Shown: piece after piece, positions 58,874 to 64,000 of the stretch
Position numbering within the stretch: the stretch's first letter is position 1
How the letters are laid out: every line of letters starts with the position of its first letter
Source: Eledone cirrhosa
Taxonomy: Eukaryota
Assembly (NCBI GenBank): GCA_964016885.1
Contig: CAXHJY010000838.1
Span: forward strand, 54,599-118,598
Reading direction: 5' to 3'
Length of the DNA stretch: 64,000 nt
Notes under the pieces: generated by a model
Database searches by the model: none
What the model saw: only the letters and a program-made list of their open reading frames with translations
What the model was told of the DNA's origin: nothing
Translations under genes and position numbers: made by a program

Positions 58874-60301
58874 GAAAACCTTCTATCCCAGTCTGTTGTC
58901 CCAGTTTTCAAAAAGGGAAACAAATCCCTTGCCGTGAATTACCGTCCAATCTCACTCACCTCTCATATCATTAAGGTATTTGAGCGAGTGGTGAGATCGC
59001 GAATGACCCACTTCCTTGAGAGTAACAATATGCTGAACTCCAACCAGCATGGATTCCGTAATGGAAGGGATTGCCTGACGCAACTACTGCATCACTTTGA
59101 TGACATTTTGAGAGCCTTGGGAGAGGGTTCCAACACTGATGTTATCTACCTTGATTTCAGCAAGGCCTTTGACAGGGTTGATCATAACATTCTACTGAGA
59201 AAGCTGTCCAATATTGGTGTCACTGGAAAGCTGCTGCAGTGGATCAAGAGCTTCCTGTCAAACAGAACCCAACATGTTGTAGTTGAGGGAGTCAAATCAA
59301 GCCCAGCCAAAGTCAGTAGTGGAGTCCCACAAGGCACTGTGTTGGGCCCACTTCTCTTCATCATCTATATTAATGACATCACTGACATCATCAAACACAG
59401 CAACATTAAAATTTTCGCTGATGATTCCAAGCTCCAAAAGGTCATCAATGGCGTGGATGACCGGATAAGCCTTCAGTCAGACCTACTGGCTGTTACCCAA
59501 TGGGCAGAAAAGAACAACATGTTACTGAACGAAGACAAATTCGAACTGATCCACTTTGGAAAAGAGGATGCTCTGAAACTCCCGTACTTCCTTCCCTCCG
59601 GGGAAACTCTCGTGGCATCTAACAACATCAGAGACTTGGGAGTAACCGTGGACAGCAACATAAGCTGGACCACGCATATAAGCAGCAAAGTTGACATGGC
59701 CCGCAGAATGTGTTCCTGGATCCTCAGAACCTTCCAGTCGAGAGATTCCCGCACCATTATCCTTCTCTTCTCTACTTTCGCCCGACCACACCTTGAATAC
59801 TGTTGTCCACTGTGGTCTCCCCACACGAAACAAAGTATCATGAAACTTGAAGCTCCTCAAAGGGCAATCACGAAAAAGATGGATGGCATGTCAGACCTTG
59901 ACTACTGGGGTCGATTGGAAAACCTGAAACTTTACTCACTCCAACGTCGCCGTGAGCGTTATATTATCTGCATGATGTGGAAAATGTTCCATCATCACTG
60001 CCCAAATGATGTTGGCATCGCCTTCAAGATACACCCAAGGCTTGGGCCCCGTGCTATCCGTCCCATTCAAAAATCTAAATCGCAACTCATAACAACAATA
60101 CGGCACAATTATTTCACCTCAATCGGCCCTGCTCTCTTCAACATCACACCAGGACACGTCAAAACAGAAACTGACCACACAAAATTCAAGAAGTCTTTGG
60201 ACAAATTCCTCCAAGTAATCCCGGACAAACCACCCACACCCGGATATGTCTCCGCAAACAGTAATTCTCTTCTCGAATGGGCCATGGTGCCCAAATCCTG
60301 A
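58874..60301 (+). CDS. LINE ORF2 fragment: complete reverse transcriptase domain and C-terminus (endonuclease lost by truncation)
   Basis: [61 protein letters not shown], with no stops or frameshifts. Confidence 0.93.
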   Translation, partial: ENLLSQSVVPVFKKGNKSLAVNYRPISLTSHIIKVFERVVRSRMTHFLESNNMLNSNQHGFRNGRDCLTQLLHHFDDILRALGEGSNTDVIYLDFSKAFDRVDHNILLRKLSNIGVTGKLLQWIKSFLSNRTQHVVVEGVKSSPAKVSSGVPQGTVLGPLLFIIYINDITDIIKHSNIKIFADDSKLQKVINGVDDRISLQSDLLAVTQWAEKNNMLLNEDKFELIHFGKEDALKLPYFLPSGETLVASNNIRDLGVTVDSNISWTTHISSKVDMARRMCSWILRTFQSRDSRTIILLFSTFARPHLEYCCPLWSPHTKQSIMKLEAPQRAITKKMDGMSDLDYWGRLENLKLYSLQRRRERYIICMMWKMFHHHCPNDVGIAFKIHPRLGPRAIRPIQKSKSQLITTIRHNYFTSIGPALFNITPGHVKTETDHTKFKKSLDKFLQVIPDKPPTPGYVSANSNSLLEWAMVPKS

Positions 60302-60384
60302 ATTGAAAGACTTCGCCAGGTGGTGCTATTAAGTTAGACATGGCCTGGGCCAATACTGGCCAAAACATTTCAAAGTTAAAGTTA
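58874..60384 (+). mobile_element. 5'-truncated young CR1-like LINE (copy 3) with (AAAGTT)n tail
   Basis: Uninterrupted RT frame, short 3' UTR, tail CAAAGTTAAAGTTA running into (TA)n. Confidence 0.96.
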
Positions 60385-60390
60385 TATATG

Positions 60391-60421
<31 letters not shown>

Positions 60422-60564
60422 GTATATATATGTATATATATATATGTATATATATATATATGTATATATATGTATGTATATATATGTATATATATATATG
60501 TATATATATATATATGTATATATATGTATGTATATATATGTATATATATGTATATATATGTATG

Positions 60565-60595
<31 letters not shown>

Positions 60596-60608
60596 GTATG
60601 TATATATG

Positions 60609-60639
<31 letters not shown>

Positions 60640-60818
60640 GTATATATATATATATGTATATATATATATGTATGTATATATATATATGTATGTATATATG
60701 TATATATATATATATGTATATATATATATGTATGTATATATGTATATATATATATATATGTATATATGTATATATATATATATATGTATATATGTATATA
60801 TATATATATGTATATATG

Positions 60819-60907
<89 letters not shown>

Positions 60908-60940
60908 GTATATATTTATATATATGTATATATATATATG

Positions 60941-61037
<97 letters not shown>

Positions 61038-61151
61038 GTATATATATGTATATGTATATATATGTATATGTATATATATGTATATGTATATATATGTATA
61101 TGTATGTATATGTATATGTATATATATGTATATGTATATATATGTATATGT

Positions 61152-61315
<164 letters not shown>

Positions 61316-61322
61316 GTATATA

Positions 61323-62069
61323 TTAAGCAGACTAGAGAGGAACGAAGCTTGCATGCTCCGCTGGATGTGTAACAGTAATATACGTGAACGGCAAAGCATA
61401 AACGAACTAAGGAAAAAATTAGAGATAAGAGGGATCAGATGTTGTTTACTCGAGAGAAGGCTACGTTGGTATGGACACGTGATGCGCATGAAAGTCGATA
61501 GCTGTATAACAAAGTGCAGGGCAATAAAGATAGACGGTAGTCACGGAATAGGCAGACCTAGAAAAACCTGGACGAGCTGATAAACTCCGACATCACACAC
61601 TTACACCTCTCCAAGACAATGTCACTGGACCGAGACCTTTGGCGGTACTCAGTAACAGAGAAGACCCGCCTTACCTAAATATATAGTAAAACCTACTCCA
61701 GCCAGTAGGCATCTCTAACAAAATACACCCCGTCCCACCACCACCACCCGATCCACACCACCCCGTTCTATGTAAAGTTATGTTGGTGCCGCGCCATCGA
61801 GGCCGAAACAAATGAGATCGTGTAGGTGTCACGACAAAAAAACACACAGTCCACGCTGTAATGTGGCCGTGTAGGCAACACGGTAAAAACCTCCCAGACC
61901 CACACTGTAAATGTGGTTGGTGTTAGGAAGGGCATCCAACTGTAGAAAACCTGCCAGACAGTCCTATGCGAGCAAGACAATCACTCTTGCCTCAAGTGGA
62001 CTACCCCGTCCAAACCCATGCAAGCGTGGAACACGGACGTTAAACGTTGATGATGATGATGATGATGAT
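61323..62069 (+). mobile_element. 5'-truncated RTE LINE (family B) with 3' UTR and (GAT)n tail
   Basis: [14 protein letters not shown]...[11 protein letters not shown]...GRPRKTW, then a 1-nt frameshift to [25 protein letters not shown]. Paralogous to family A. Confidence 0.93.
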
Positions 62070-62178
62070 ATATATATATATGTATATATATATATATGTG
62101 TATATATATATATGTATATATATGTATATATATATGTATATATATGTATATATATATATATGTATGTATATATATATG

Positions 62179-62209
<31 letters not shown>

Positions 62210-62588
62210 GTATATATATATATGTATATATATATATGTATATATATATATATGTATATATATGTATATGTATATATATGTATATGTATATATATGTATA
62301 TATATGTATATGTATATATATGTATATGTATATATATGTATATATATGTATATGTATATATATGTATATATATGTATATGTATATATATGTATATGTATA
62401 TGTATGTATATGTATATGTATATATATGTATATATATGTATATGTATATACTTGTATATGTATATATATATATATGTATATATATGTATATGTATATATA
62501 TGTATATGTATATATATATATATGTATATATATGTATATGTATATATATGTATATGTATATATATGTATATGTATATATATGTATATG

Positions 62589-62755
<167 letters not shown>

Positions 62756-62772
62756 GTATATATATATATGTG

Positions 62773-62821
<49 letters not shown>

Positions 62822-62846
62822 GTATATATATATATGTGTATATATA

Positions 62847-62925
<79 letters not shown>

Positions 62926-62954
62926 GTATATATATATATATGTATATATATATG

Positions 62955-63037
<83 letters not shown>

Positions 63038-63052
63038 ATATATATATATGTA

Positions 63053-63251
<199 letters not shown>

Positions 63252-63272
63252 ATATATATATATGTATATATG

Positions 63273-63665
<393 letters not shown>

Positions 63666-63672
63666 GTATATA

Positions 63673-64000
<328 letters not shown>

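Noticed and set aside
59182-59860. Antisense and alternative-frame ORFs over the CR1 RT
   Set aside because: Shadow ORFs of the RT coding strand with no independent motifs.

Overview
AT-rich animal genomic DNA, most likely an octopod/cephalopod (inferred from the SINE repertoire and extreme TA-microsatellite load). It is intronic or intergenic, and no host protein-coding gene is confidently recognisable. Most long ORFs in the track are artefacts of imperfect (TA)n arrays, which occupy about 26.6-40.5 kb and 54.8-64 kb. Retroelement fragments are embedded in and abut these arrays: a young CR1-like LINE (three copies, two of them in a ~2.9-kb tandem duplication), three RTE-type LINE families, a tRNA/CORE SINE carrying an RTE 3' tail, and several Penelope-like 3' ends. 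The main discovery is a set of sequence-unrelated type-I hammerhead ribozyme (HHR) modules whose 3' ends sit against (TA)n. One is a 134-bp island in the largest array that is little more than a fully base-paired HHR. The window also holds piggyBac-, hAT- and Tc1/mariner-type MITEs, including a piggyBac MITE that gave rise to a 44-bp satellite.
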